A stretch of 64,000 bases of DNA from Prevotella sp. UBA2850 (GCA_002350805.1 DEFO01000012.1:14455-78454), one strand, 5' to 3'; shown: positions 37,972 to 49,362, counted from the stretch's first letter. Notes: generated by a model from the letters alone, not told the origin. Numbers and translations are program-made.

Positions 37972-40317
37972 AGAAGAGTTTTCTTTTATTATCTCATCCA
38001 GCTGCTGGATGATGTCGGAAGCTGAGGGGCGTACGGCATTGGCGCTGCGGATGGTGCCGTCGGCATTGAGGATGATGAAACGCGGAATGGCGGTGATGCC
38101 CCAGTCGTTGCTCATCTTCATGTTCTGTGCACCCTCGGCGATGAACTGCGGCCATGCCGGTTTGTCTTTTGTCACCATTTTCTTCCAAGCCTCAACGTTG
38201 GTGTCGATAGAGATGCTGATGATGGCAATCTTCGGATTGTCCTTGTAGTGCTCGTAGAGCTTGGCCATGTGGGGAATCTCCTGTTTGCAGGGACCGCACC
38301 AGGTGGCCCAGAAGTCGATGTAGAGCACCTTACCCTCGAAGTCGCTCGAGCGGTGGGTGTTGCCGTCGATGTCGTTGAACTCGCAGACGGGAGCCTTCAT
38401 GCCACTCTCGGTATTCTTCAGGGCGTTCACCTTGGTCTCGAGTGCCTTCACCACGTCGGCATCGCCAAACTCCTTGAATGCGTTCCAGAATGTGTCGATA
38501 TCTTTATTCTCCTCGGTGAGCACTTCCTGGGCGATGTTCGACTGCAGCTGCAGGCGCGTCTGGCGGTCTGTCACATAGGTCTGAATGGCGCGCATCGCCT
38601 CAATGCCGTAGTAGGAAAGTCCTTTCTCGCGGCTGTCCTGCGGTATCTTGCCCGTCACATAGTTGCTCACCAGGTTGTAGCGCTCGTAATATGGATTGTT
38701 GACGTCGATCATATCGAGATATTTCTGATACTCGGCATCTTTGGAGATGTCGATGTTCTGTTTCTTCATCTCCATGCGCATCACACCAAGGCGGAAACGC
38801 AGATACTCACAGCGGTTGTCGAGCTGCAGCAGGTTGCGCATGCCCTCGTCTTGAATCTTGGCAGCCTGGGCGTTCACGTCTGCATAAGCCTTGTCCAAGG
38901 CAGCCAGTTTCTCAGCATAGGTGGTCTTGGCGGCAGGGTCGCTGTCGGTACGGGCAAAGTACTGGGGATAGCTGTAGGAATTGCGGTATTGATACATGGT
39001 GTTGCTGGCCTGTACGATGTCGGGGTCGCCGCTGTAGGTCACCTTATAGTGATCGCCCTCTTTGGCAAACTGGGCCACGAGCTGTGCACCCTGTTTCACG
39101 AAGCACGAGAACTCCTGGTTGCCGATGAAGATGTAGGCAGGGTTGAAGCTTCCGTTGGTCACTCCGCTGTAGGTAGCCACTCCGTTGTGGTCGAACAGCA
39201 GCTGGGTGAGGTTGCCCTGGTCGCCGTCGCCATTGGTGAGCTTGAACACAAACATGCTCTTGCGCATGTTCTCGTCGCTGCCGTTCACGGTGAGCTGGGC
39301 CTTCGGGGCCTCCAGCTGGCGAATCTTATAACCCATCTTGCGCAAGTCGGCCAGCAGTCCCTTCGAGCCGCGATAGGGATAGAGGTGGGCAATACCCACC
39401 ACAAAGAGTGTGGGCTCGCTCTTCATCAGCTGTGGCATCTTCTTCATCCACAAGGCATTGCGCTCCTTCACGGCCATGAGGTTGTTGGCGGCGTCGGCAT
39501 CGTAGTCGGGCATGATGGTCTTGGTCATCTCACGCAGTTCGTCGGACGACTGCACGAGGTTGTTCACCGAATGGAGTCCTTCGCCTCGCATATATAACAC
39601 CTTATTATATAGTGAGCTCTCGATGCGGGGGTTGGCAGTCTTGCACATGAGATAGAACTGCATCATCTGGTCGCGCATGGTCTGGCTCTTGCCACTGCCC
39701 ACACCGTGCATGCGGGCAATGATGGAGTCTTGCAGCGAGCGGGGCTCCAACGACTCCACGCGCTTCCCGTCGCGAACAGACAGGGCATGCAGGAAGTAGT
39801 CGATGGAGACAAACGGGCTGCCTACACCCGTGAGGCTCAGCTGGCGGGCCTGCATGACAGCCTGCAGAATGGTAGCGGCATAGTTGGGGCGCATGTTCGA
39901 CACGTAGTTGGGGAACAAGTCGCTCATAATCCGGTCGATCTCGGCAGCCTTGTCGGCGCCGATGAGCTTGGCGTAGGTGCTGTCCTCAGGCAGGATGAGC
40001 ATCTTGGCCATGTCTTGTTGCTGCTGTTGTTGCTGTAAGTTGGCAACGGCCTGGTTGGCAGTAGCCGTGGTGTTGTCGGCATCTTCGCCCATCTCGGTCT
40101 CGAAGCATGTCTGCCCCACCTTATTATATATCTCGTCGAACTGGGGAATCTGATGGACGAAACTGCCGTTCACCTCGTGGTTACTGCCCAGGATATAACT
40201 GGGCTGCTTCAGTCCGTTGCCCGAAATCTCGAAGAAGATTCCATTGGGTTGTTTCTTTTGTGCACTCGCTGAGCAGGCCAATGCGATGCCCAGCAACAAG
40301 AATAGCGTCTTTTTCAT
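37966..40317 (-). CDS. Exported TraB/GumN (TIKI-type metalloprotease) - TlpA thioredoxin fusion
   Basis: Signal peptide; SYILGSNH, SLE, ERN..W, VVGIAHL; C-terminal DFWATWCGPC and IPRF. Confidence 0.85.
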   Translation of the reverse strand: MKKTLFLLLGIALACSASAQKKQPNGIFFEISGNGLKQPSYILGSNHEVNGSFVHQIPQFDEIYNKVGQTCFETEMGEDADNTTATANQAVANLQQQQQQQDMAKMLILPEDSTYAKLIGADKAAEIDRIMSDLFPNYVSNMRPNYAATILQAVMQARQLSLTGVGSPFVSIDYFLHALSVRDGKRVESLEPRSLQDSIIARMHGVGSGKSQTMRDQMMQFYLMCKTANPRIESSLYNKVLYMRGEGLHSVNNLVQSSDELREMTKTIMPDYDADAANNLMAVKERNALWMKKMPQLMKSEPTLFVVGIAHLYPYRGSKGLLADLRKMGYKIRQLEAPKAQLTVNGSDENMRKSMFVFKLTNGDGDQGNLTQLLFDHNGVATYSGVTNGSFNPAYIFIGNQEFSCFVKQGAQLVAQFAKEGDHYKVTYSGDPDIVQASNTMYQYRNSYSYPQYFARTDSDPAAKTTYAEKLAALDKAYADVNAQAAKIQDEGMRNLLQLDNRCEYLRFRLGVMRMEMKKQNIDISKDAEYQKYLDMIDVNNPYYERYNLVSNYVTGKIPQDSREKGLSYYGIEAMRAIQTYVTDRQTRLQLQSNIAQEVLTEENKDIDTFWNAFKEFGDADVVKALETKVNALKNTESGMKAPVCEFNDIDGNTHRSSDFEGKVLYIDFWATWCGPCKQEIPHMAKLYEHYKDNPKIAIISISIDTNVEAWKKMVTKDKPAWPQFIAEGAQNMKMSNDWGITAIPRFIILNADGTIRSANAVRPSASDIIQQLDEIIKENSSK

Positions 40318-40411
40318 TTGTGATAATGTTGTCTAATGATTTTTCATTGTATACCATTAGAAACGCAACCCACTGGCAAATGGACAACGCGAAATGCCAT
40401 TTTAATACAAA

Positions 40412-40975
40412 TTAACTCGCCGATGCCATTATCGCTATGAGCAGAAGCACCTTTTCGTTGCCGGCAAAGTGGTCGCGCAGCAACTGAATCATCTTCATCT
40501 TCTTTTTCTTCACAGCACTCTCGGAAATCTGCATGCGCTCTCCCACCTCGGCATTCTTCAGCCCCTGCTCGAAACTCAACACGAAGATGGTGTGCAGGTC
40601 GTCGGGCAGTCGGGAAATAGCCTCGTAGAGCAGGTCAATGGTCTCTTGCTCAATGATGGAGCGGTGCACATCTTCCTCATAGTCGCTTTGCTCGCGGAGG
40701 TAGTTCTGACGGCTGTGATGCTTGCGCAAGAGAGAGACGGCATCGTTGTGGATGCAGACATACAGATAGTTCTTCAACTGATGGGGAGAGACGAAATCAC
40801 GACTGGAGTTGTAAGCCTTGAAGACTGACTCCTGCACACAATCTTCTGCCATATAGCTATAGCTGTCACCCAGACACCTTGCGGCGTAGGTAAGCAATGA
40901 AGGATACACCTCTCGATAGAACCCTTGAATCCTTCCTGCCTGAAAGTCACAGAAGACTTGCTCGGATATAACCAT
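40412..40975 (-). CDS. ECF sigma-70 factor
   Basis: AEDCVQESVF region 2; LKNAEVGERMQISESAVK region 4; divergent from fecR. Confidence 0.9.
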   Translation of the reverse strand: MVISEQVFCDFQAGRIQGFYREVYPSLLTYAARCLGDSYSYMAEDCVQESVFKAYNSSRDFVSPHQLKNYLYVCIHNDAVSLLRKHHSRQNYLREQSDYEEDVHRSIIEQETIDLLYEAISRLPDDLHTIFVLSFEQGLKNAEVGERMQISESAVKKKKMKMIQLLRDHFAGNEKVLLLIAIMASAS

Positions 40976-41097
40976 CTCTTTATCAAAGGGAAACTGTTTG
41001 CAAAGTTAGTCTTTTATTTCCAATTCTCAACATTTTTTTCAAAATATCTGTTTTTTTGTTGTCCGAAATGGGGTGGATTGCGTTAAAGTATATAAAG

Positions 41098-42303
41098 ATG
41101 ATGATGATGAACAACATGACAAACAAAATACCAGCAATCATCTACCGATACATCGTCGGCACCATCACCCCTGAGGAGCGTGCTGTGCTGGACGGTTGGA
41201 TGAACGAGAATCCTGAGAACAGAAAACTGTTTGAGCGACTGACCAATCTGAACAACCTGCAGAAGGAGGTCAGCCGGCGGGCATCTATCGACACCGAGCG
41301 ACCCATGCACGACATGATGGCACGCATAGAGCGTGAGATGCGGCTGCAGCAACCCGCCAAGCATGCCACTACCAAGCGCATCGCTCGCTGGCTGGCTGGT
41401 GCAGCTGCCGCCATACTGATTGTGGCAGGAGTGGCCGTACAGGCTTACAAGCTGGGACTAAGCCGGGCTACCATGGCCGAAACAGAACAGATGGCCCAGG
41501 CTGCGGTCATCACCCACGGAGAGACCAAGGCCATGCTGACACTGAGCAACGGCGAATCGGTGGAACTGGGTGCCGACAACCAGAAGAACTCGAAGATGGT
41601 GGAGCAGCTGCTCTCGAAAGGCATCGAGACACAAGAGCAGGGAGCCGAGGCCCCCACGCTGTGCCTGAAGACACCACGCGGAGGAGAGTTCAAGGTGACG
41701 CTGGAGGATGGCACAGAAGTGTGGCTCAATGCCGAGTCGCAACTGCAATATCCCGAGACCTTCGATGCCGATGAGCGTCGTGTGGCCGTCACAGGTGAGG
41801 CTTACTTCAAGGTAGCAAAAGATAGTGACCGTCCTTTCTATGTAGAGACTGCCGGACAGCTGGTGAGAGTGTATGGAACAGAGTTCAACATTCACTCTTA
41901 CGAAGAAGACTCGAATGTATACACCACCCTCGTCAGCGGCAGCATCGCACTGAGTCCGCTCGACGGCAACGGCAGTGAGATAGTGCTCACCCCGGGCCAT
42001 CAGGCTGTGTTCGACAAGCAGGATGTCACATCGAGCATCCGCAGCGTAGACACCAGCATCGTAACGAGCTGGCGCAACGGTAAGTTCGTTTTCGAGAACC
42101 TCACTCTCGAGCAGATCATGATTACGCTGAGCCGCTGGTACGACTTCGACTACGAATTCCAGGACATGCGCCTGCGCAGCACCATCTTCATGGGCAGCGT
42201 GCCACGCTACGGTGAGTTCAGCGAGATACTGTCGATTCTCGAGAAGAGCGGCGGCATCAGATTCACCCAACAAGGAAAAACTGTTCTGATTAACCACAAA
42301 TAA
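41098..42303 (+). CDS. FecR-family anti-sigma factor
   Basis: Central TM; LEDGTEVWLNAES, GEAYF, VYGTEFN, LSRWYD; exact start uncertain. Confidence 0.92.
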   Translation: MMMMNNMTNKIPAIIYRYIVGTITPEERAVLDGWMNENPENRKLFERLTNLNNLQKEVSRRASIDTERPMHDMMARIEREMRLQQPAKHATTKRIARWLAGAAAAILIVAGVAVQAYKLGLSRATMAETEQMAQAAVITHGETKAMLTLSNGESVELGADNQKNSKMVEQLLSKGIETQEQGAEAPTLCLKTPRGGEFKVTLEDGTEVWLNAESQLQYPETFDADERRVAVTGEAYFKVAKDSDRPFYVETAGQLVRVYGTEFNIHSYEEDSNVYTTLVSGSIALSPLDGNGSEIVLTPGHQAVFDKQDVTSSIRSVDTSIVTSWRNGKFVFENLTLEQIMITLSRWYDFDYEFQDMRLRSTIFMGSVPRYGEFSEILSILEKSGGIRFTQQGKTVLINHK

Positions 42304-42392
42304 CAATCATACATCATCGAAAACACATCATAGAAAACACAACAAGGAAAAACCATTCTAATTAACCACTTATTTATAAAAACACAAAGCGT

Positions 42393-45300
42393 ATGAAAAG
42401 AAGGAGATCGCTCCATGTACTCTTGCTTGTCATTATGCTCCTGCTGATTCCGGCTACGGGCATGGCACAACAGACGTACGATGTGAATTACGACAACCAA
42501 ACGCTGGAGCAGGTGATAAAAGACCTGAAGAAGCGTACGGGTTATGAGTTTGTTTACCAGAAACAACTGCTGGAAAATGCCCCGCGCATCAGTTGCAACT
42601 ACCAGAAGGTATCGCTGCATCAGTTGCTCGACCGCATTTTCTACCAGGAGGCCGCCATTGACTACGACATCGTCGACAAGACGGTGGTGCTGAAAAAGGC
42701 TGAAGTCAACAAAGGCAACGGCACATTTACCGTCAGCGGACGCATCCTCGACGGAAAAGGAGATCCGCTGCCCTGGGCCACAGTACTTGTAGAAGGCACC
42801 AACTACGGCACCTCGACCGACGAAAACGGAAACTTCAAGGTGAATGTTCCGGCCGGAGAGAGGGTCACGGTACTCTACTCGTTCCTGGGCTATAAGCAGG
42901 TGAGAAAACAATACAACATCAACCACAACATCAGCGGTGTGAAAATCGTGCTACACGAAGACGCCTCACAACTGGGCGAGGTCGTGGTGACTGGCTATCA
43001 GGTGCTCGACAAGCGCTCGCTCACCTCTGCCGTGTCATCGGTCAAGGCCGAGGAGGTGCTGCGAAGCGACGTGAGCAGCATCGACCAGATGCTGGAGGGT
43101 AAGATTCCCGACCTGATTGTCTCCACCAACTCTGGTGAGATTGGCGTGGCCCCGAAGATTCGTATCCGTGGTACCAGTACTGTCATCGGTAACCGTGAGC
43201 CGCTGTGGGTGGTCGACGGTATTATCGTTCGCGACCCTGTGGATATTGCCCCTGAGGAACTCAACGACCCCGACTACATCAACCGCATCGGTAATGCCAT
43301 TGCCGGTATCAACCCGCAGGACATCGACCGCATTGACGTGCTGAAAGACGCCGCCGCAACTGCCATCTACGGTACACGCGCCGCCAATGGTGTCATCGTG
43401 ATTACCACCAAGCGAGGAAGCGTTGGCAAACCGCAGGTGAGCTACAATATGAACGTCAACTACAAGCGCCGCCCACGCTACAGCGACCGCTCAGTAGACG
43501 TGATGACCTCGAAAGAGCGCATACAGTTCTCGCGCGAACTGCTGGAGAGCCAGTATCTCTACTACGACGAGCAGACATTTGTAGGCTATGAGGGACTGCT
43601 GCGCCAACTCTACAACAACGAAATCACCAACGACGAGTTCAACGAGTCGGTGGCCCGTCTGGAAAGCCAGAACACCGACTGGTTCAGCTACCTGACCAAC
43701 GACAGCTGGAGCACACAGCACACTGCCAGCATCAGTGGCGGCTCGCCCACCTCGCGCTACTATGCCTCAATTGGCTACAACAAAGACAACGACGTAGTGA
43801 AATATAACAACAGCGAGCGCTACACCGCTTCGCTGAACCTCGACAACACCTTCAGCAAACTGCTCACGGCATCGTTCTCATTCAATGCCTACAGTACCCG
43901 CCGACACTACTATCAGGACGAGATTGCTCCCATGCAATATGCCTATACCACATCGCGCACCATCCCGATGTACGATGCCGACGGCAACTACTACTTCTAC
44001 AAACGCAAGTATGGAGCACGTGCCAACGAGCTGGCCAAATACAACATCCTGAACGAACTCGACAACAGTAGCAAGACGCAGAACGTATCGTCGTTCACCG
44101 TCACAGCCAACCTGAAGTTCACCTTTACCGACTGGCTGAATGCCAATGCCGTACTCTCTTACACCGAGCAGAGCACCGACCAGGAGAGCTTCTGGGGCGA
44201 GAAGACCTTCTATGCCGCCAAGTTGCGCGGATGCGACTTCGGCGAGAGACTGCCCAACGAGAGTGAGTCGCTGCTGCCCCAGGGTGGTGAGCTCTCTACC
44301 AATAACATTCACGACCGCAACGTAACAGGCCGTCTGCAAATCAATGCCAATAAGTATTTCGGAAAGGACGAGGTGCACAACATCGATGCCGTGCTGGGAT
44401 TTGAGGCCAGTCATGATAAATACCGTGGCAACGCCGCCACGGCCCGTGGCTACTTCCCCGACCGCGGTCTCTCGTTTGTGACCAACCTCGACATGAACCG
44501 CTATACGGCCTACCGCGACTGGCTGGCCAACAACGTGCCAGGTATCACCAACAACCTGACGAACACGGTCTCTGGCTATGCATCGTTCACCTATGCCTAT
44601 GCCCGCTTGTTCCGTGTCAACATCAACGGACGTGTGGACGGCAGTAACAAATTCGGTGACCGCTCTAACGAGCGCTTCCTCCCCATCTGGTCGGCATCAG
44701 GCTCACTGAACCTGAAAGACTTGGGCCTGATTCCTGTGAAATGGGTCGACTATGCCACACTGAAAGCCTCTTACGGCTCACAGGGTAACATGCTCAGCTC
44801 TGAATACCCGGTAATGACCATTAAGAAAGGTACGCTCGACACCGCTTGGAACGAGTACACTTCTTACATCAACAAATATCCTAACCCCGACCTGAAATGG
44901 GAGACCACCAAGAGCTACAACCTGGGACTCGACGCTGCCCTGTTCAACGGACGACTCATGTTCGAGGCATCGGTATTCTACAAGAAAACCAAGAACGCCT
45001 TCATGAACAAGCGCATCTCGACCATCAACGGTATCGGCTCGTATGTCATCAACGGAGGTGATATTACCAACAAGGGCTACAGCTTCGACATCACGGCTAC
45101 GCCCATCCGCACCAAAGACTTCCGCTGGACTCTCTCGACATCTATCTCGAAGATTCTCAACACCATGGACTCGCGTCCTGAGGCACAGACCTACGACCTG
45201 AACGAATTCCTCAGCGGAGCCGCACTGGTGGAGGGCAAGAGCGTGAACACGTTCTACAGCTACCGGTTCCTCGGACTGAGCCCCGTCGACGGAGGTCCTA

Positions 45301-45989
45301 TGTTCGACGACTTCATCAACCGTCAGCAGGAACTGACCGGACTGAGCAAGTACGACACCTTCACCACCGTGCTGAAAGCTTCGGGTAAGCGCGACCCCGA
45401 TATTCAGGGAAGCCTCACCAATACCTTCCGCTATAAGAACTGGCGTGCCAGCTTCAGTCTGGCCTACAGTCTGGGAGCCAAGACCCGCCTGTTTGCCATG
45501 TATGGTGCATCGAACAACTGGGCTTACAGCACCAACATTCAGCCCGAGCGCAACTACAGCCGCGACTATATCAACCGCTGGAAACATCCTGGTGACGAAC
45601 AGCACACCAACATCCCGGCTCTCATCAGCTCGAACAGTGGCTCATGGTACCAGTACTCTACCCACTTCGCCGATGCCGGCATGACTGCATATACAGACAA
45701 TGCACAGGCTTTCGGTAGCAATGCATGGCTCATGTACGACTATTCCGACATCCGTGTGGTCAGCGCCGACTATCTGAAATTCCAAAGCGGTAGCATCACC
45801 TATGAGTTCACGCCTGAGATGCTGCAGAAAATGCGTCTGCAGAGACTGGAACTCACCTTCTCGGCTTACAATCTGTTCACCATTGCTGACAAGAAACTGA
45901 AAGGACAGACACCATCGCAGGGCGGATTCTCAACCATCCAGCTCTCCGACCGTCCCAGCTTCTCATTCGGCCTTAACGTAATCTTCTAA
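42393..45989 (+). CDS. SusC/RagA TonB-dependent transducer with N-terminal STN domain
   Basis: EVVVTGYQ, PLWVVDG, VLKDAAATAIYG, NPDLKWE; C-terminal F. Confidence 0.95.
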   Translation: MKRRRSLHVLLLVIMLLLIPATGMAQQTYDVNYDNQTLEQVIKDLKKRTGYEFVYQKQLLENAPRISCNYQKVSLHQLLDRIFYQEAAIDYDIVDKTVVLKKAEVNKGNGTFTVSGRILDGKGDPLPWATVLVEGTNYGTSTDENGNFKVNVPAGERVTVLYSFLGYKQVRKQYNINHNISGVKIVLHEDASQLGEVVVTGYQVLDKRSLTSAVSSVKAEEVLRSDVSSIDQMLEGKIPDLIVSTNSGEIGVAPKIRIRGTSTVIGNREPLWVVDGIIVRDPVDIAPEELNDPDYINRIGNAIAGINPQDIDRIDVLKDAAATAIYGTRAANGVIVITTKRGSVGKPQVSYNMNVNYKRRPRYSDRSVDVMTSKERIQFSRELLESQYLYYDEQTFVGYEGLLRQLYNNEITNDEFNESVARLESQNTDWFSYLTNDSWSTQHTASISGGSPTSRYYASIGYNKDNDVVKYNNSERYTASLNLDNTFSKLLTASFSFNAYSTRRHYYQDEIAPMQYAYTTSRTIPMYDADGNYYFYKRKYGARANELAKYNILNELDNSSKTQNVSSFTVTANLKFTFTDWLNANAVLSYTEQSTDQESFWGEKTFYAAKLRGCDFGERLPNESESLLPQGGELSTNNIHDRNVTGRLQINANKYFGKDEVHNIDAVLGFEASHDKYRGNAATARGYFPDRGLSFVTNLDMNRYTAYRDWLANNVPGITNNLTNTVSGYASFTYAYARLFRVNINGRVDGSNKFGDRSNERFLPIWSASGSLNLKDLGLIPVKWVDYATLKASYGSQGNMLSSEYPVMTIKKGTLDTAWNEYTSYINKYPNPDLKWETTKSYNLGLDAALFNGRLMFEASVFYKKTKNAFMNKRISTINGIGSYVINGGDITNKGYSFDITATPIRTKDFRWTLSTSISKILNTMDSRPEAQTYDLNEFLSGAALVEGKSVNTFYSYRFLGLSPVDGGPMFDDFINRQQELTGLSKYDTFTTVLKASGKRDPDIQGSLTNTFRYKNWRASFSLAYSLGAKTRLFAMYGASNNWAYSTNIQPERNYSRDYINRWKHPGDEQHTNIPALISSNSGSWYQYSTHFADAGMTAYTDNAQAFGSNAWLMYDYSDIRVVSADYLKFQSGSITYEFTPEMLQKMRLQRLELTFSAYNLFTIADKKLKGQTPSQGGFSTIQLSDRPSFSFGLNVIF

Positions 45990-46002
45990 TAAACGAAAAA
46001 AC

Positions 46003-47595
46003 ATGATGAAAAGAATATTATATTTCATAGCCAGTGCCTGTCTGCTGCTCAGCACTACTGCCTGCGGTGACTTTCTGGAGGAATACTCACAAGACCTGGC
46101 ACGGGTAAAGAGTTTCGAAGACCTCAACGAGATTCTTATCGGCAATGCATATCTGCCTACCGGACTGGTGGTCAATGCGGGGTATTATGTGACGCCCTAT
46201 AACACCAACTACATGATTCTGCACCTGATGACCGACGAGCTGTCGGAGAACGACAAGGCCAGCGACCTGCGCTCGTATGGCGGACTGATGCGCGACGACA
46301 TGTTCCCCTACTTCACCTGGCAGCAGGATGTAACACTGAACTATCAGAAACGAAATGTCTACGGTGCACAGGAAGACTGGTTCTTCAATGGTCCGTACAC
46401 ATATATCTCTACTTGCAACATGGTGCTGTTTGAGGCCGACAACCTGACAGCCACGAATGACGAAGAAGCTCTCATGCGAGATAAGATCAAGGGTGAGGCC
46501 CACTTCCTGCGCGCTCTCTACTATCAGCTGCTGGTCAATCTGTATGCCAAGCCATACGACCCCGCCACAGCCGCACAGACACCTGGTGTACCCGTAAAGA
46601 CCAGCGAGAGCATTGAGGATATAGAGTATACCCGCAACTCGGTGCAGGAAGTCTACGACCAGATTGTTGCCGACCTGGAGGCTGCAGAGCAATACCTGAA
46701 GGATGTCCACCAGCCTTATTCTATCCAGCACGCCGGTATCAATGCCGTGTATATGCTGCACAGCCGTGTGGCACTCTACATGCAAGACTGGCAGACAGCC
46801 AAGAAATATGCTGAGTTGTCGCTGAAGGAAAATGATGACTTGCGAAACATTGCCGCCGGATTTGATGGCACATTCATCGAGCCGAACAACGAGGAGATTT
46901 CGTTTGTCATGGGTGGAGAGACCTTTGGCAACACCAACTTCCCTCGCCCCGGACAATCGTATTACGGCATGTACATCTACTCGCCCAACTGGATCATCTC
47001 CGACCACCTGTACAATCTCTATGAAGAGGGAGATGCCCGCCGCGATGTATTCTTCGGACGTGAGTATGGAGACGGTAATGCGCCTTACTACAAGAAGACA
47101 GATATCGAATACAGCCACCTGGGTTCTTACAAGGGTACGAGCGACCAGTTCTGCTACCGTTCGGCTGAGGCTTACCTGAATGCTGCCGAGGCTGAGGCAC
47201 AGCTGGGTAACGACCAGGCTGCACAGCAATACCTGAACAAGCTGCGCGCCGCACGCATCGCCGACGCCAAGCCCGTCACCGAGACTGGAGCCCAGCTCAT
47301 TCAGTTCATCCGCGATGAGCGTCAGCGTGAGCTTTGCCTAGAGGGTGTGCGCTGGTTCGACATGCGCCGCTATACGGTTGACCCCCGTTACAAGCTCGTT
47401 GAGAAAGTAAAGCACTCTTACTCGGTCTATCAGCTGCAGGGCTATAGCTACGTGAAGGGAGAAGTCGCCACTTACGAACTGAGCACCGACGACGGTGGTA
47501 TGGTTCTCGACATACCAAAGAGCGTGCGTGAGTTCCAAAACTCTATCGGCTCTAATCCCAGACCAGAGCGCAAAAGCGATCTTACAGTTAACTAA
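46003..47595 (+). CDS. SusD/RagB lipoprotein
   Basis: Lipobox TTAC, GEAHFLRA, RSAEAYL, ERQRELCLEG.RWFD. Confidence 0.95.
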   Translation: MMKRILYFIASACLLLSTTACGDFLEEYSQDLARVKSFEDLNEILIGNAYLPTGLVVNAGYYVTPYNTNYMILHLMTDELSENDKASDLRSYGGLMRDDMFPYFTWQQDVTLNYQKRNVYGAQEDWFFNGPYTYISTCNMVLFEADNLTATNDEEALMRDKIKGEAHFLRALYYQLLVNLYAKPYDPATAAQTPGVPVKTSESIEDIEYTRNSVQEVYDQIVADLEAAEQYLKDVHQPYSIQHAGINAVYMLHSRVALYMQDWQTAKKYAELSLKENDDLRNIAAGFDGTFIEPNNEEISFVMGGETFGNTNFPRPGQSYYGMYIYSPNWIISDHLYNLYEEGDARRDVFFGREYGDGNAPYYKKTDIEYSHLGSYKGTSDQFCYRSAEAYLNAAEAEAQLGNDQAAQQYLNKLRAARIADAKPVTETGAQLIQFIRDERQRELCLEGVRWFDMRRYTVDPRYKLVEKVKHSYSVYQLQGYSYVKGEVATYELSTDDGGMVLDIPKSVREFQNSIGSNPRPERKSDLTVN

Positions 47596-47621
47596 CCAAA
47601 AGCATGAAAGGAAAACAAGAT

Positions 47622-48569
47622 ATGAAGAAATATCTATTCTATGCGGCTATGATGCTTTGCACCATGCCGGCCATCACCGCTTGTAGCGACGATGAGGACA
47701 CGACGCCCAGCGAGTATGAGCAGAACTTATTCTCGCCAGCAGAGAGCGACCAGAGTCCCAGTGCACAGCTGCGCCGTCAGTTCAAGCAGGAAGTAGGATG
47801 CTACCTGTTGTTCAACGACACGCTGAAGCATGAGCAAAACGGCACCGATGCCTATGGTAACTTGCTGTGGAACACACAACTCGTGGACCTCACCTACCAA
47901 TTCATAGGCATGCCCATGAACGACACCAAGTACACCTTTGAATACCTCACCGACTTTGCCAAGCAGAAGGAGGCCACAGAACTGCTGAAGAACAAACTTG
48001 CCAAACGACTGGGCAAGGCCCTGCCCTACTCTATCCTGCTGGTCGACAACATCAAGCAGTGGACCAACAGCAGCGGCAGATGGGAGCTGGACGAGGGCTC
48101 GTCGTGGTCACCCAAAGACCCATTCCCCAAATATGTGCTGGGAACCCGTTGCTATGCCTTTGCCCTTCATGGCAATGAGGCTTTCGACGATGAGGGCTAT
48201 TTCGACGACATTCTGATGAGCATCGTCATCAATAAGGTGAACAACCTGCCCGAGAGCAAACTCGCGAAATTCCTCAGCTACGTGGCTGACTATTACGATG
48301 AGTATGGCAATCCACGCCAGAAGAGCAGCCTCGGTTACGACGACTACGTGACCGACGATGATGCTGCCCGCACGCTGGGCTACTGGCAGGACCGTGGATA
48401 CTACTATTTCGACTATGGTACTGAAGACCGCGACCACTACATCGAGGCAGCACTCACCTACTCGGTGGCCGAGGTGGAAGAGATGATGGCTGGCTATCCC
48501 ATCGTTATCGAGCGCTTCAAAATCATGCGCCAGCTCATCATCGATGAGTTTGGAATCAACCTGAAATAA
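47622..48569 (+). CDS. Hypothetical surface lipoprotein
   Basis: Lipobox ITAC followed by acidic SDDED export-signal-like stretch. Confidence 0.8.
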   Translation: MKKYLFYAAMMLCTMPAITACSDDEDTTPSEYEQNLFSPAESDQSPSAQLRRQFKQEVGCYLLFNDTLKHEQNGTDAYGNLLWNTQLVDLTYQFIGMPMNDTKYTFEYLTDFAKQKEATELLKNKLAKRLGKALPYSILLVDNIKQWTNSSGRWELDEGSSWSPKDPFPKYVLGTRCYAFALHGNEAFDDEGYFDDILMSIVINKVNNLPESKLAKFLSYVADYYDEYGNPRQKSSLGYDDYVTDDDAARTLGYWQDRGYYYFDYGTEDRDHYIEAALTYSVAEVEEMMAGYPIVIERFKIMRQLIIDEFGINLK

Positions 48570-48581
48570 AACTTTAAACAA

Positions 48582-49316
48582 ATGATGAACATGAAAAAAC
48601 TAGCATACATGTTATGCATCGTCCTGGCACTGGGCTTCACAGCCTGCGGGGACGATGAAGACAAGGTGCCAAGTGTGAAGCCAACGAGCACAGGCACCAT
48701 GACAGACAACGACGGCAATGAGTATCACTGGGTGCGCATCGGTAATCTCGACTGGATGGCCGAGAACATGATTGGAGGAAAACCTTTCTATGAGTACACC
48801 TACCTCTACCTGGGCTATTACCAGTATCCTACTGTTCAGTTCGCCATGGATGAGGAGCGCGATGCCTACTGGGAGAACTATGGCAATGTCTATACCTACG
48901 AACAGGCTCTTGAGAACTGTCCCGACGGCTGGCGCCTGCCCACTGACGATGACTGGAAGAACCTGGAGTCGGCGCTCGGCATGAGCGACAAGGAACTCGA
49001 CAAACTGGGATGGCGCAAAGGTGCCGGACTGCTGATGACCCAGACAGTGGAACAAGGCACCGGACTGCACATGCTCTTCGGCGGACAGATGGGACTTGGC
49101 ACCACAGGCAACATCTACAATATCAGCAACGAGGGCGTCACCCCCATGGGCATTGGCGAATATGGCATGTACTGGTCGGCCACCGTCGACAAGAACTACG
49201 AGCTGCAATGTGTCTATTGCCGCCGCATCATGCCTTACCTGAACGAGGTGGAACGCACCAGCAGCACCACACAGAACCGCTGGCTCAGTGTGCGCTATGT
49301 GCGTGACGCAAAATAA
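48582..49316 (+). CDS. Lipoprotein with FISUMP (Fib_succ_major) domain
   Basis: Lipobox FTAC-GDDED; WMAEN, CPDGWRLPT, YWSAT, SVRYVRD. Confidence 0.88.
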   Translation: MMNMKKLAYMLCIVLALGFTACGDDEDKVPSVKPTSTGTMTDNDGNEYHWVRIGNLDWMAENMIGGKPFYEYTYLYLGYYQYPTVQFAMDEERDAYWENYGNVYTYEQALENCPDGWRLPTDDDWKNLESALGMSDKELDKLGWRKGAGLLMTQTVEQGTGLHMLFGGQMGLGTTGNIYNISNEGVTPMGIGEYGMYWSATVDKNYELQCVYCRRIMPYLNEVERTSSTTQNRWLSVRYVRDAK

Positions 49317-49362
49317 ACAACGAAAAAAACACACATCACCTACTTTATCTTAAATCTAGCAG

